Shown here piece by piece: positions 37,332 through 48,692 of a DNA stretch of 64,000 bases; position 1 is the first letter of the stretch, and every line of letters starts with the position of its first letter. Source of the DNA: Chlorokybus atmophyticus. Its lineage: Eukaryota; Plantae; Mesostigma and Chlorokybus algae. Location: contig RHPI01002368.1 of assembly GCA_009103225.1 (NCBI GenBank), forward strand, positions 1,060,708-1,124,707, given 5' to 3'. The position numbers and the translations under genes were made by a program. The notes under the pieces are model-generated. The model ran no database searches. It saw only the letters and a program-made list of their open reading frames with translations, and was not told where the DNA came from.

Positions 37332-39616
37332 ATGGTGACCGCAGTGCCTTCTGCCAGCCAAGTGTTCAACTGTGGCAACAACGGCCAGAAAACTGGGGAC
37401 AGGTTCCTGAGGGACAACTTTTCCTCTGTGCACCCCACCCATGTGCGAAACATGGACAAGTTCACCAACAAGCTCAAACAGTGGGAGCAAATCCCTGGTC
37501 CAGGTTGGAAGGAGGTGAATTTCGACAAGCGGAGCAAGGATCATGCAGCGCAGGCCAGCATTGCCAAGCTGGAGAGGTTCTGTGAGGAGTTAGAGCCGGA
37601 GCTGGAGCCTCTAGTGTTTGGGGAAGGCATAGAGCTCCGCATGTCCAGAGGTCAGTTGTTTTCTGTGAAGGTTTGCTCTGAATGCCTTGTGTGTAGATCG
37701 ATAACTGTTCAGGTGAAACTAGCCCATATTCATGCATATAGCAAGCTTTGCTAGCCCTCAAGCTGTTGTTGCTGCTGGTCAGTGTTGCCACTGTTGCAAG
37801 TCAGTTGATATCACGCTACTTGCCAAGTTGTCGCGTTACTTGATGGCTTGCTGTTCAGCTGAATTCAGCTAGTCTTCATGTATATCCAGCTGTTTTTACT
37901 ACTGGTTAGTGGTGCCACTGTTGGTCGGTTACTGTTTGTCAAGCTGGAACACTGGACAGTGCCTATGAGTCCTTAGGTCTCAGCAATGGATGGCATAAGT
38001 CGTAGACACTGGACAATGCCTATAAGTCCTTAGGTCTCAGCAATGGAACGCATACGTCGTAGACGCTGACAACAGTGCCTATGAGCATCTAGAAGCAATG
38101 GATTGCATAAGTAAACACTGGACAGTGCCTATGAGTCTTTAGGTCACAGCAATGGAGTGCATAAGTCGTAGACACTGGACAGTGCCTATGAGTCCTATGG
38201 TCTCAGCTATGGAAATGCATAAGTCGTAGAGTGTCTTGGACGGTGCCACCTTATGAGACCAAAGCAGCTTTTTGGACATGTGGACATCCTTATTACTTTT
38301 GCTTGGCAGAGCACATCCGGGCATATTTCATACAACGCCAATGGACTTATCGGAGGGGCGTTAAAGAAGAACGAGGTGAACGCCAAGGACAGTCCAGGGA
38401 GCAGCGGGTCCAGCTCCGTGCGCATGCTCGAGAAGCAGAGCGAACTGCCAAACATGGCACAGCTGCTCGTCGCCGGTCTGTAGGGTGGGGCAGAGTTTTC
38501 AGCCTTGACGATTACAGCCCTTCGCAAACAGTCGTTCTGTGGTGCCCCTTGAGCGACGGGCCCCTTCCAGATGACGTGCTGCGGGCTACTTGGCTCATAT
38601 TCAGGTAAGGACTGTGTGCGCGCATGTATGATTGCAACCATGAACTGTGACAACTCCACTAGAAGTGAAGCAAGCTGAATGTACAGCTGTTGTGTTGTGT
38701 TATCTAACACGATGCCTTTTCATGAGGTGCAGACATGCAGACGATTACGACCGAGACAAAGTCTTTGACGTCGATATGCAATCCTCAAGTCGTGAAGACC
38801 CATGTGTGCCCGTGGCCATTGCCACCATCCTCGAGATTGCCGAGGTGGATGAGCCCTGCCGCACATACAGCGTGCAGATCATTAATTGGCTGCCAGTGTT
38901 TTGCGTGGAGGACGACAGCGTGCGGCCGTTCATACCTATCAGGTCGCAAAGGCTCATGCATGGCAAGACACCGGATCATTACACACGCGCCGAGCTAGAG
39001 GTAAGTTGGTGATTGTCAGTCACGCACAGTCTATGCTTTTGTCACTGCATGTCATCAAGTGCGAGACGTGCGTCGCGTGTAGTTGGCTAAAGTGTGCACA
39101 TGTGAACCGCCTATGACACTGACAACTGATGAAGTGCAGAGCGTGACAGTTGAGTGGCCACTTATGTTCATGAGCCAGATGGGCACCTGCGTCTGTGAAA
39201 ACGGTGAATGCAGCTTCAATAGGCACGTCCGGATGGGGGAATGCCAGGCGAGAGTACTTGAAGAACTGAACACCAATGCGCAGCAAGATGATCAGGTTTG
39301 TCAGCTATGTGCGCGCAATTTCTTGTTTCAAGTGCTTTCTGGTTGTGCTGATGATGTGCCCATGCAGGACCACGAGGTTTCAGTGGATGATGAGAAGCTG
39401 GAGATGCTGGCGGCTGTGTGCTGTGGCACTGAGCAAACACCTACTAGGGCGCAGGTTGGCCGGCAATGGGAATTCTGGCGGAAGAAGCAGGTGGCGCTGA
39501 TGGAGAGCGTGGCACCTCTTCCCTTTCGAGACCAGGCCCGGATGGACAGCATTCCAACACAGCGTATCATGCAAGCGGTTGTGCAGTTTGCAATGAAGAA
39601 GAAGTGGCTGGGCTGA
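37332..39616 (+). CDS. CACTA-1 cargo gene 3, multi-exon protein of unknown function with a Cys motif
   Basis: Exons near 37332-37650, 38230-38604, 38730-39000 and 39125-39616, each with a protein-level homolog in CACTA-2 at 61432-63000. Confidence 0.7.
37948..38230 (-). repeat. About 5 inverted copies of the 57-bp unit in an intron of gene 3
   Basis: GACACTGGACAGTGCCTATGAG units are the reverse complement of the 31835-32115 unit. Confidence 0.9.
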
Positions 39617-40299
39617 GACCCAACGCAGGGTGGTCAGCTGGGCTGGATAAACACGAGGAAACGGCCAGGTATGTTTTGAGCTTATAGACCGCTCATAGGC
39701 TTGGTAGCTGTGACCAATGCACAGTGTCACAATGCAGTCTATAGGGTATGCTCGTAAGCTGGTAAGCTGTAAGCTAATAGTGCCATGTACGAGCAGTCTG
39801 GTCTCTGTGCATGTGATTTTACACATTCGCCACTCATTGTGCATTCAGGCATGCCGGATGAAGTGAAACGCCTGAGCCCAAGAGGTTCCGCTTCATGGGG
39901 CGATGGGAGCCAAGCAGGACGGCATCCTCCAAATGATAGGTATCAGAGATGTGCAAAGTTGCAACTGTTGCATGTTGCTGCTGTTACGTGTCTATACTTT
40001 AAGAAATGTACATTGTGTTCTACAGTTGCGGTGTTGCTCATATGCAGTGTGCGCAGTGTCTACGACAATCTGTTGTTGGCGCACGCGGCGTGCACTCGTT
40101 CATCTGAAAGGCCGTCTACATTTGCAAGTATGGAGCAGAGTATGGAACAGAAGGAACGTGTGCGTGCAGTGCCGAGATCACGTGGTGTGCGCAGCATGCG
40201 CTCAGTCTCATCATAGGCAGGCTATGAGCGCTGGTGATCTTAGTAGCTATGAGAACACTGCTGTAGTTAGCATAGATGTTTGACACTTTGCAGGTCTCG

Positions 40300-40918
40300 C
40301 TGATTGCCAGACACGCACTATATAATAGAATGGGTTACCGTGAATTGCTGGTGCATGGGTCATAGACCAGCATTGGTGCAGGATGTCAGCGGGTGTCGTG
40401 CACCAATGCTGGTCCCAAATTGCAAGCATGGACCAATGCAGTGAGATTTGGCTGGTATAAAGAAATGGTTGGGTGTGGACCAGGCATGGTCCCGCCAGCA
40501 AAGCCATGGTTGGTCCCACTAGTCGGGACCATCCTTGCAGACCATCTGGGCTAGACATTAAGATACAAGTAGACCATGCATGGTCCCACAGTGCGAACCA
40601 AGGATGGTCCTGCTACTCGGGACCAGTAGTGGTGATGCTTTTGACAGAACTGTGCCAAGAGCGGACCATCCTTGGTGCATGCAGCAACACGCATGGCAGA
40701 CCAGCATTAGTCCCATTGCGCTCGTCATGATAACAGCAACCAGGGCTGGCCCGGTTTTTTGGGGGACCGTGGGACAATTACGTACTGTTTGGACCAGCCC
40801 TGGTCCCCGCGTGCAGACCAAGGCGGGCGACCCTGGCCCGGACCCCAAGCCGCCCGGGCGTTTTGGCCCTGGTCCGTACGTGCGGACCAGGGCTGGTCCG
40901 CGGAAAAAATTCCGTGTG
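40300..40918. repeat. Right subterminal repeat field (GGACCA/TGGTCC)
   Basis: Many GGACCA/TGGTCC units leading up to the TIR. Confidence 0.85.
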
Positions 40919-41471
40919 ATACCTCTGCGTTTCAGCGTCTTGTGCTCTCTGTATCGAACATGACTGAGGAGGAGCAGCTGGACCGCTACACGCGCGGGTT
41001 GAAGACTCTTTGTCGCAAGGAAGTTGAGCTTCATGACGCCAAGACTCTCGCGGAGGCCATTCGCATTGCTGAGCGCACGGACGTGTTGTACTTCAAGGGG
41101 GCTGCCAAAAACACTAATCGTGGACATTACAATCACTTCCGTGGAGGTTCGTATCGCTCATACGCATCTGTTGGGGCTGGTTTGGGAGCTGCAGCAGCTC
41201 AGGGGGCTGGCTTGGGGCCAACTCCAATGGAATTGGGTGCGCTCCACGTTGCTATGAAGGCCCCAAAGGGTCGGGAGGCTGCCAAGGCTGTTCGGAAGTG
41301 CTGGGAGTGCTCTTCTGCTGATCACGCGCGCTCCAACTGCCCTATCTATAAGGCAAAGTCTGCTGCACATGCCCGCAACGCTCGCAGCGGTGGACGCGTG
41401 AACATGGTGGAGGAGGAGATGTTGCAGCCGGGAAACGGCTCACCTCAGTAGCTGGAGAGGCTCCTGCTGAG

Positions 41472-44400
41472 GTGGTGATGCAGCCTCACTATGATGTTGA
41501 ATGTCCAGCGGCTGGCGTGGAAGCGTTGTTGACGGTTGGCGGCATGTGCGCAACGGCAACGCAAAGCGGTATGGTTCGAGTGCCCGACAAGGCGAGGCAG
41601 CTGTTGGGAGTCATGGCTCTGATCCGTGAGGGCAATGGGCCATGGATGGAGTGCAAGATGCTGGTGGATTGCGGCGCGAACAGCAATTTCATGAGTCGTG
41701 AGGTTGCGCGTCGGCACAAGTGGTTGTCATGGGCAAATGCCGGCTCGGTGGCTCTAGCGGACGGCTATGCGCCAGCAGGAGGAGCTTCCAAGCAAAGCAA
41801 AGAGCTTGAAATGCACGTGGGGATGATGAAGGATCGCCTACGGTTTTGCTGCATCGAGCTGAACAACGGCTTTGATGGCATTTTGGGGCTGCCTTGGCTT
41901 TGGTCACATAACCCCGCCATTGATTGGAGGAAGCGGGTGCTCACTACCCCGGAAGCTGGTGGTGAGGTTTTGATGTGCTTCAATGCTTCAATGCAAGGCG
42001 CGTGTGTGGTTCAAGAGCGTGTGAGCTGCGTCGAGGCTGCTAGCAATGTGCTGCATGCGCGTGACGCGCACGACACGACGGCGCGCCAGCAAGCTGCACC
42101 ACAACATGCTTCTAGCTCAAGGGGAGGGGTTCCAGAGCTGGTGTCACAAGTTTCTAAGACCAAGATGGAGCAGATCTGGTCCGGGAACAATGTGAAGGAT
42201 GCATGGCTGTGCATGGTGCGTGAGACACCTCCCAAGTCGGACTTGGAGCTGGTCGGCACTGGTTCGGAGAGTTCGAAGGACCCCGAGGTGCAGAGGTTGC
42301 TTGAAGAGTTCAAAGACGTCATGGTGGATGGGCTACCAGCTGGTCTGCCACCCACGCGAAGTGTTGATCACCGTGTGGAACTGATAGAGGGCGTGCACAA
42401 GCCGCCGTACCGACCAGTGTACAAGTTGTCTCCGGCTGAACTCGAAGAGGCGAGGAGCCAAGTCGAGGACCTTCCACAACGTGGGTACATCAGGCACAGC
42501 AAGTTTCCTTACGGTGCACCTATCCTATTTGTACGTAAGAAGAGCGGAGCCTTGCGCATGTGCATCGACCATCGGCCACTCAACAACATCACCAAGAAGA
42601 ATGTGTTCCCTTTGCCACGCATTGATGAGTTGTTGGAGCAGCTCGAGGGTGCTGAGTTCTTCTCAAGCTTGGACCTAGCCGGTGGCTACCATCAGATCCG
42701 TGTTGCGCTCGAAGACGTTGAGAAGACGGCTTTCAATACTCGCTATGGCCACTATGAGTGGTTGGTGAGGTCTTTTGGTATGACAAATGCTCCGGCAACC
42801 TTTCAAACCTTGATGAATGAGATCTTTGCTGATCTGATTGGCAAGGGCGTGCTAGTGTACCTCGACGACATCCTTGTGTACACAAAGAGCAAGAGAGAGC
42901 ACGTGGCATTGCTACACGAGGTGATGCAGCGTTTACGTACACACAAGTTGTTTGCTCAGCTCAACAAGTGCCGCTTCTTGCTTGAAGAGGTAGAATACCT
43001 TGGCCACATTGTATCCAAGCAAGGAATCAAGGCAGATCCAAGGAAGCTTGCCGCGGTGCGCGATTGGGCTGCCCCGAAGGACATGAAGGGTGTCATGTCG
43101 TTCTTAGGGCTTGCCGGCTACTATCGTAAGTTTGTAAAGGGCTTTTCGCACTTGGCGGCACCATTGACGGCATTGTTGAGGAAGGGGGTGGCTTGGAGCT
43201 GGTCGGAGGCTGCAACAAAGGCATTTTCCGACTTGAAAGAGGCCCTGACATCGGGTCCCGTGCTGCTGCATCCCAACATGCAATTGCCCTTTGTGGTGGC
43301 GTGTGATGCGTCCGACAAGGCTATTGGGGCTGTTTTGCAGCAGGATCACGGTAACGGCTTGCAACCGGTGGCCTATTTCAGCAAGAAGATGAGCGGGGCT
43401 GAGCTCAACTACCCCGTTCATAAGAAGGAATTGCTGGCGCAGGTGCTAGCGCTACGGCAATGGCGTTGTTTCCTTGAAGGCAAGCGGTTCACACTTGAGA
43501 CGGACCACTCGCCATTAAGGTACCTTCAAACGCAGCCTCACCTCTCACGGCGGCAAGCTCGTTGGCTCGAGTTCTTCCAACTCTTCGACTTTGAAGTGAA
43601 GTACAAGCCGGGCTCTTCAAATAAGGTTGCGGACGCATTAAGCCGTCAACTCAACGCGCTTGAAACGGTGGTGCAAGTGCAGCCCAAGTGGCTTGACCAG
43701 ATCCGTGCCTTATTGCATGAGGACGCGGTGGGGGAGAAGACCATTGAGGCGTTGGAGAATGGGACTGAACATAGCGGCCTTTGGGCATTGAAGGACGGGC
43801 TGCTATGGCATGGCGATCGCATGTATATACCCAACATTGCGCACATGCGCGTGGCATTGATGAAGGAAGCGCATGATGTGCCAATGGCTGGTCATCAAGG
43901 GCTGGAACGGACACTAGCCTTGTTGAAACTGAAATTGTTCTGGTCGGAGATGCATCGTGACGTTAAGGACTATGTGGCATTGTGCGACACTTGTCAAAGG
44001 GTGAAGGCGAGCAATCAACGCGCCAGTGGGCTGCTCCAACCATTGCCGATACCTTTGACGAAGTGGGAGCAAGTTGCTCTCGACTTCATCACGGGGCTGC
44101 CACGGACACGTGAAGGGCATGATGCTATCTTGGTGTTTGTGGACAAGACTAGCAAAATGGTGCGATTGGCGCCATGTACGGAGACTTGCACAGCTCCCGA
44201 GGCTGCCAAGTTGTTCATCAAGCATGTGGTGCGCTCTCATGGCCTTCCAAAAAGCATTATCAGTGATAGAGACCCGCGGTTTACTGGCAACTTTTGGAGA
44301 GCTCTCCACGCAACTCTAGGCACGAGCTTGAAGTTCAGCACCGCGTACCACCCCGAAACGGACGGCCAAACGGAGCGCGCCAACCGCGTCATCAAAGACA

Positions 44401-45110
44401 TGCTACGGTGCTATGTGAACAGCCGCCAAAACAATTGGGGAGACATGCTGGAGCTGATTGAGTTCACTATTAACAACCACAAGAGTGCAAGCACGGGCGT
44501 GACACCTTTCCTTATGAACTATGGGCAACATCCATTGACGCCATTGATGGCGTGGGTGCCTAGCATGCAAAGTTCAGATGTGGAGGCCGTGGACGGCTTT
44601 CTTGAAAGGTGTGCCGACATTACCAAGGCAGCTCGAGAGGCTCTGCTTGTGGCGCAAATCCGGCAAAAGCAATACGCCGATGCGCGTCGCAAGGATGTTG
44701 TGTTCGAGGAGGGTGACCTTGTAATGCTTTCAACCAAGCATGTGCAGCTGGTCACGGGGGTGCGCAAGCTGAGTGAGCGATGGTTTGGGCCCTTTAAAGT
44801 GATCAAGGTCATCTCGAAGGTGGCCTACAAGCTGGAGCTGCCCAATACCATGCATGTGCACCCTGTTTTTCATGTCTCGCTTCTTAAAGGTTATCGAGGG
44901 GAGCCACCAGCTCGTCCGCCTCCAGATGTGGTTCGTGAAGGTGAGGCTGAGTGAGAAGTGGAAGCAATTGTCACGGACAAGCTGATCCGAGGCGTGCGCA
45001 AGTATTTAGTGAAGTGGCGTGGTTATCCAATGCACGAGGCGACATATGAGCCCGAGGAGAGCTTTACCAATGCCAAACAGGTCTTGCAAGACTACAAGGC
45101 CAGAGGAGGC
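41472..45110 (+). CDS. Gypsy pol: protease, RT, RNase H, integrase, chromodomain (one in-frame TGA at 44952 before the chromodomain)
   Basis: LVDCGANSNF, YLDDILVY, CDASDKAIG, AH..H/C..C integrase zinc finger, WFGPFKV, and YLVKWRGYPMHEATYEPEE chromodomain. Confidence 0.96.
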
Positions 45111-45153
45111 AGTCGTCAGCTTCGAGGACGAAGCTCCCCCGGGGGGGAAGGGG

Positions 45154-45926
45154 TGTAACAGCCTGGGGCATTTTTTGTATTTTATTGTACATAAAGTACT
45201 TATTTTGCCTTTTTTGCTGGCTTGATGAGGGCTTTTATGAGCTTTATTAAGCCCATGTGGCGCCTGCCCCTGCTGCCGCGCGCGACTCGCCTGCGACCTG
45301 CTCGACAGCAGCTAATTCGGCGACGTGACCCCCCTGCCACGCGGTTGTGACACAGCCGCTGACTGGACACGCGCTGTGCAGTGCCAGGTGACGCGGACTG
45401 CACAGTCACACAGCCGCCGAAGGCCCAACGCGCGTGGCGGGGAGCTTGCACTTGGACCTGCCTTTAGATTTGGTAGTGAATAATGAAATGCCTGTTAATT
45501 AGGCTATTTCTTCCTAGTGCTTGTATAAATAGAAAAACCCTGTGTAATGCAACCAACTTTGTTTTCTGCTCTCTGCTGTGAGTATGCTGGTGCATGCTTG
45601 ANGGAGTGAATAATGAAATGCCTGTTAATTAGGCTATTTCTTCCTAAGTGCTTGTATAAATAAAAAAACCCTGTGTAATGCAACCAACTTTGTTTTCTGC
45701 TCTCTGCTGTGAGTATGCTGGTGCATGCTTGAGGGAGTTGTGGTCCAAGGCACACTGCTGCGTTCTTGCTTGGCGTGAGAAGTAGTAGTGTTCGTGTGCG
45801 TGTGCGCGCTCGACGCGTGCGTGCGTGCGCGAGTGAAGGCAAGGTTCCGGTGTGAAGATTGTGCTCAGCTGCACACATGTGTTGTATGACTTGTGTGCTG
45901 TGTATGTGAGCACGAGCATCGTTACA
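45154..45926 (+). repeat. Gypsy 3' LTR, lengthened by a ~130-bp duplication at the n (45602)
   Basis: Matches the 5' LTR; the segment around the N is repeated, which is typical of a contig overlap. Confidence 0.92.
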
Positions 45927-46411
45927 AGCTACCTCCTTCGAAGCCACTAGTGGTGCTGCATCAGCAGCAACAGCCACACCGGCTACGACGTCGACTCCGT
46001 CAATGTCAATAGCAACTATTTTAGTTGCACCAGGAGTTGGTACGTCAGTGGGCACCACGACGCCAACATCATTGAGCACAATGGCGACAGCCACTGCTGC
46101 CACCGACTCTGCAGCAGTTGATTGCACCGGTCTCACTCCAGCTGCAGGAGCACCTGCATCAGCGAGTGTTGAGACCACTCTCACGCCACTACCCGGCACT
46201 ATCGTAACCACTGCCAGTGCCATCGTCGAGTCCGCTGCTACTGCAGCGACGCGCGCAGCTACGTTGCCCGCCCTCGACGCCACTCAGGCTGTCTCGCGAG
46301 GTCAGCAAGCTGAGCGCGCGTGGGAGACCATCATGCGTGGAGTAGATCCCACTACCATTGCTTTTGGGCGAGGAGGAGAGCGCACCACGCGCGTTGAACG
46401 CAGTGATTGCG
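45927..46411 (+). mobile_element. Continuation of orphan gag-like element copy 2 after the gypsy insertion
   Basis: Matches 5275-5755 up to GATTGCG, then switches to transposase sequence. Confidence 0.88.
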
Positions 46412-47665
46412 CACATACCAGCTGTGATGAAGTTGAAAGCAGAGAAGATCCCAATCGCAAGAAAAAAAAAGCCAAGAAGTATGGCGTCAACGGGCTGTCG
46501 CCTTTGTGGAGGCATTGGCGGATGTACAAGTTTGACCTATGCCAGGACATGGTCTTTGATACCATGCACACGCTAGCCAAAGGACTCGCCAAGAGCTTGA
46601 CAGCCGGCACTCTGATGGATGGTGGCGACGAGCAGGTCAGCAAGGTTGAGATTGACAGTCGCCTAACTGTGATGAGAAATGCACGGCCCAGGGAGTTCAG
46701 GCATGGTAACCGCTGGCCACATGGCCTCAGCAGTCGCCTTGGATGGTGGAAGGTGCAGGAGCACCAGCTCTTTGTGCAGTTTGCTGTGCCTTATGTTTTT
46801 CACAAGCTGCTAAGCGAAGAAAGGAGAGACCTCGTCATGTGCCTCCACATGATAATTCGCTTGTTCCTTGACATCTCGCGCCGCTTGGGTTGGGTTTCCA
46901 GCCGTCTGAAGCTCGCTGATGCATTGCTCAGGTACTAGAAGGTGAACAGTGAGATCTGCTTAAGCACTAACAAGAAGATTCTGGAGCACATTGCGGGAAC
47001 TTGCCACCTGCTTAACAACATCCGTCGACATGGTCACCATGATGTGTTCGGGTGCTACGCCTTTGAGCGCTCTGTGAAGTTGTATGTTAACACCCCATCC
47101 ATCAGTAAAGACTACGAGATCAGCTTCATGAAGCGATCTGTCAGGAGATGGTTTGTGCGACTCTTTGGCGTCATGCGTAATGATCAAAGGTCTGGCCTGC
47201 TGCTCCACCACAGAGTCGTCAATGCACTATCTGCAATTAGTAAAACAGAATTTAACGGGTTCACCTGGTATGAGGTGGCTACAATCAGACACGCAAAGGA
47301 GATATGGGCTTTTGTGGAAGCATATCCCACCTTGGCACACTCTCAGCACATCAAAGAGAAAGGCATATTGATTGGACGAGGCAGCATTCAGTACGTAGGG
47401 AACGACGCCTTGTTCGGACGCATCTGCACACAAGAGAACATTGCCATCCACACCAAGTCGCGGCGGACAGTGCATGACTACAAAGCCTACATGAGGGACG
47501 GTCTGGTATACAGGTACGTGCTGGCATTGACATCCGTAAAGATGTCCACTTTATGCTGTCCACTACACAGTCTCGACTGTCCATATCGCATTGACAGTCA
47601 CACCGACTATCTATGTTGGCATTGACAGTCGCAGACTGTCAACGACTGTCACAGCAACCACTGTT

Positions 47666-47669
<4 letters not shown>

Positions 47670-47724
<55 letters not shown>

Positions 47725-47748
47725 NACACGCACACACACACACACACA
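47670..47748. repeat. (TC)n then (CA)n microsatellites around an N, in a transposase intron
   Basis: Direct read; n at 47725. Confidence 0.95.
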
Positions 47749-48137
47749 TGTGCACTCTCACACAGGCGCGACTGCAAGGATGCTGTGATGCTTGATGGAA
47801 GCAGGCCTGCCATTGTCAGCAAAATCTTCATGTTCTTCCACACAGAGTGCAATGTGTACATTGCCGTCCACACGTACAACCTGCGAAAAGATGCTGCTGG
47901 CAATCAATATATGGACGCGGACTCTGGTGCACTGCATGTGCGCACGTTGGAGGAACCCTACAATCTTGTTCGAGGGCAGCAGCTGCTGCGCAAAGTGTGG
48001 ATGCTGACGGAGAGACCAAGGCTGCACCCCTACATGCTGGCTTACGACATCAACAACCCAGAGCTGCGATTGCTAGCAGCTGATATACCTCTCCCCGTAT
48101 GGCCTAAAGCCGGGGATGTGCTGCTTGTAAGACATTA

Positions 48138-48692
48138 TGTAATGCCGGTTAATGTGGAATAGGCTAAGAAGGGCTTATGAAGCATTGATAAGGAATACAC
48201 AACCTCTCATGGCGGCGACTTTTGCTACCATGGCTTAGTCGGCTAAGCCCCGCGTTACATTGGTAATCGGAGCTCTAAAGGTCGCGGGATCAAATCCCAC
48301 CGGGCGCAAGATGCGCGCGAGTGGGTAGATTTTCGGCGACCGTCGGAAACGATCCAAGGCAGTTAGTGTGACTGGTTAACAATAAGCTGTGAGGTGAAGC
48401 TGACTGAGTCGGCGCGCAGGGTCGCTCCTGCGCGCGGCAACGTGGCAAGTCGCCGCGGAAAACTACGCGGCATGACCGGTAATGGCTAGTCATGACCGGA
48501 CGCGCGCAAGTCCTGCCGGTCATGAAGGGCCAAGATGTGCAGGTAAAATCGCGGTTAAAGCCGGGTTGAATGTAATGCCGGTTAATGTGGAATAGGCTAA
48601 GAAGGGCTTATGAAGCATTGATAAGCAATACACAACCTCTCATGGCAGCGACTTTTGCTACCATGGCTTAATCGGCTAAGCCCCGCGTTACA
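48138..48692 (+). mobile_element. TRIM (miniature LTR element), 555 bp, 122-bp LTRs, TSD CATTA/CATGA
   Basis: LTRs 48138-48259 and 48571-48692 (TGTAA...TTACA). PBS TGGTAATCGGAGC. Non-coding 311-bp interior. Removal restores the transposase reading VRH-EDEKK. Confidence 0.93.

Larger units (their letters stand above)
27390..40918 (+). mobile_element. CACTA/EnSpm (CMC)-type DNA transposon family 1, 13.5 kb, 3-bp TSD ATA, three genes
   Basis: Imperfect TIRs CACAGGGCTTTTTACGCGCGGACCAG / CACACGGAATTTTTTCCGCGGACCAG. ATA at 27387-27389 and 40919-40921. Dense GGACCA/TGGTCC subterminal repeats. Transposase_21-like ORFs. Confidence 0.93.
26996..41451 (+). pseudogene. Gypsy gag, split into 26996-27389 and 40922-41451 by the CACTA insertion
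   Basis: Removing 27390-40918 and one ATA restores ...QSVMAYT-SAFQRLVLSVSNMTEEEQLDRYTRGL... (retrotransposon gag) ending with the CWECSSADHARSNC knuckle. Confidence 0.93.
26143..45926 (+). mobile_element. Ty3/gypsy chromovirus LTR retrotransposon, TSD AGCTA, carrying a nested 13.5-kb CACTA element
   Basis: LTRs 26143-26785 and 45154-45926 (TGTAAC...GTTACA). AGCTA at 26138-26142 and 45927-45931. PBS TGGTATCGGAGC at 26787. PPT GGGGGGGAAGGGG at 45141-45153. The flanks rejoin the gag-like element. Confidence 0.97.

Noticed and set aside
45470-45730. Tandem duplication inside the gypsy 3' LTR
   Set aside because: It brackets a single N and is absent from the 5' LTR; typical unmerged contig overlap.
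46412-46416. CACAT as the left TIR of CACTA-2
   Set aside because: The following bases are mid-transposase codons aligning with family 1, and there are no subterminal repeats.
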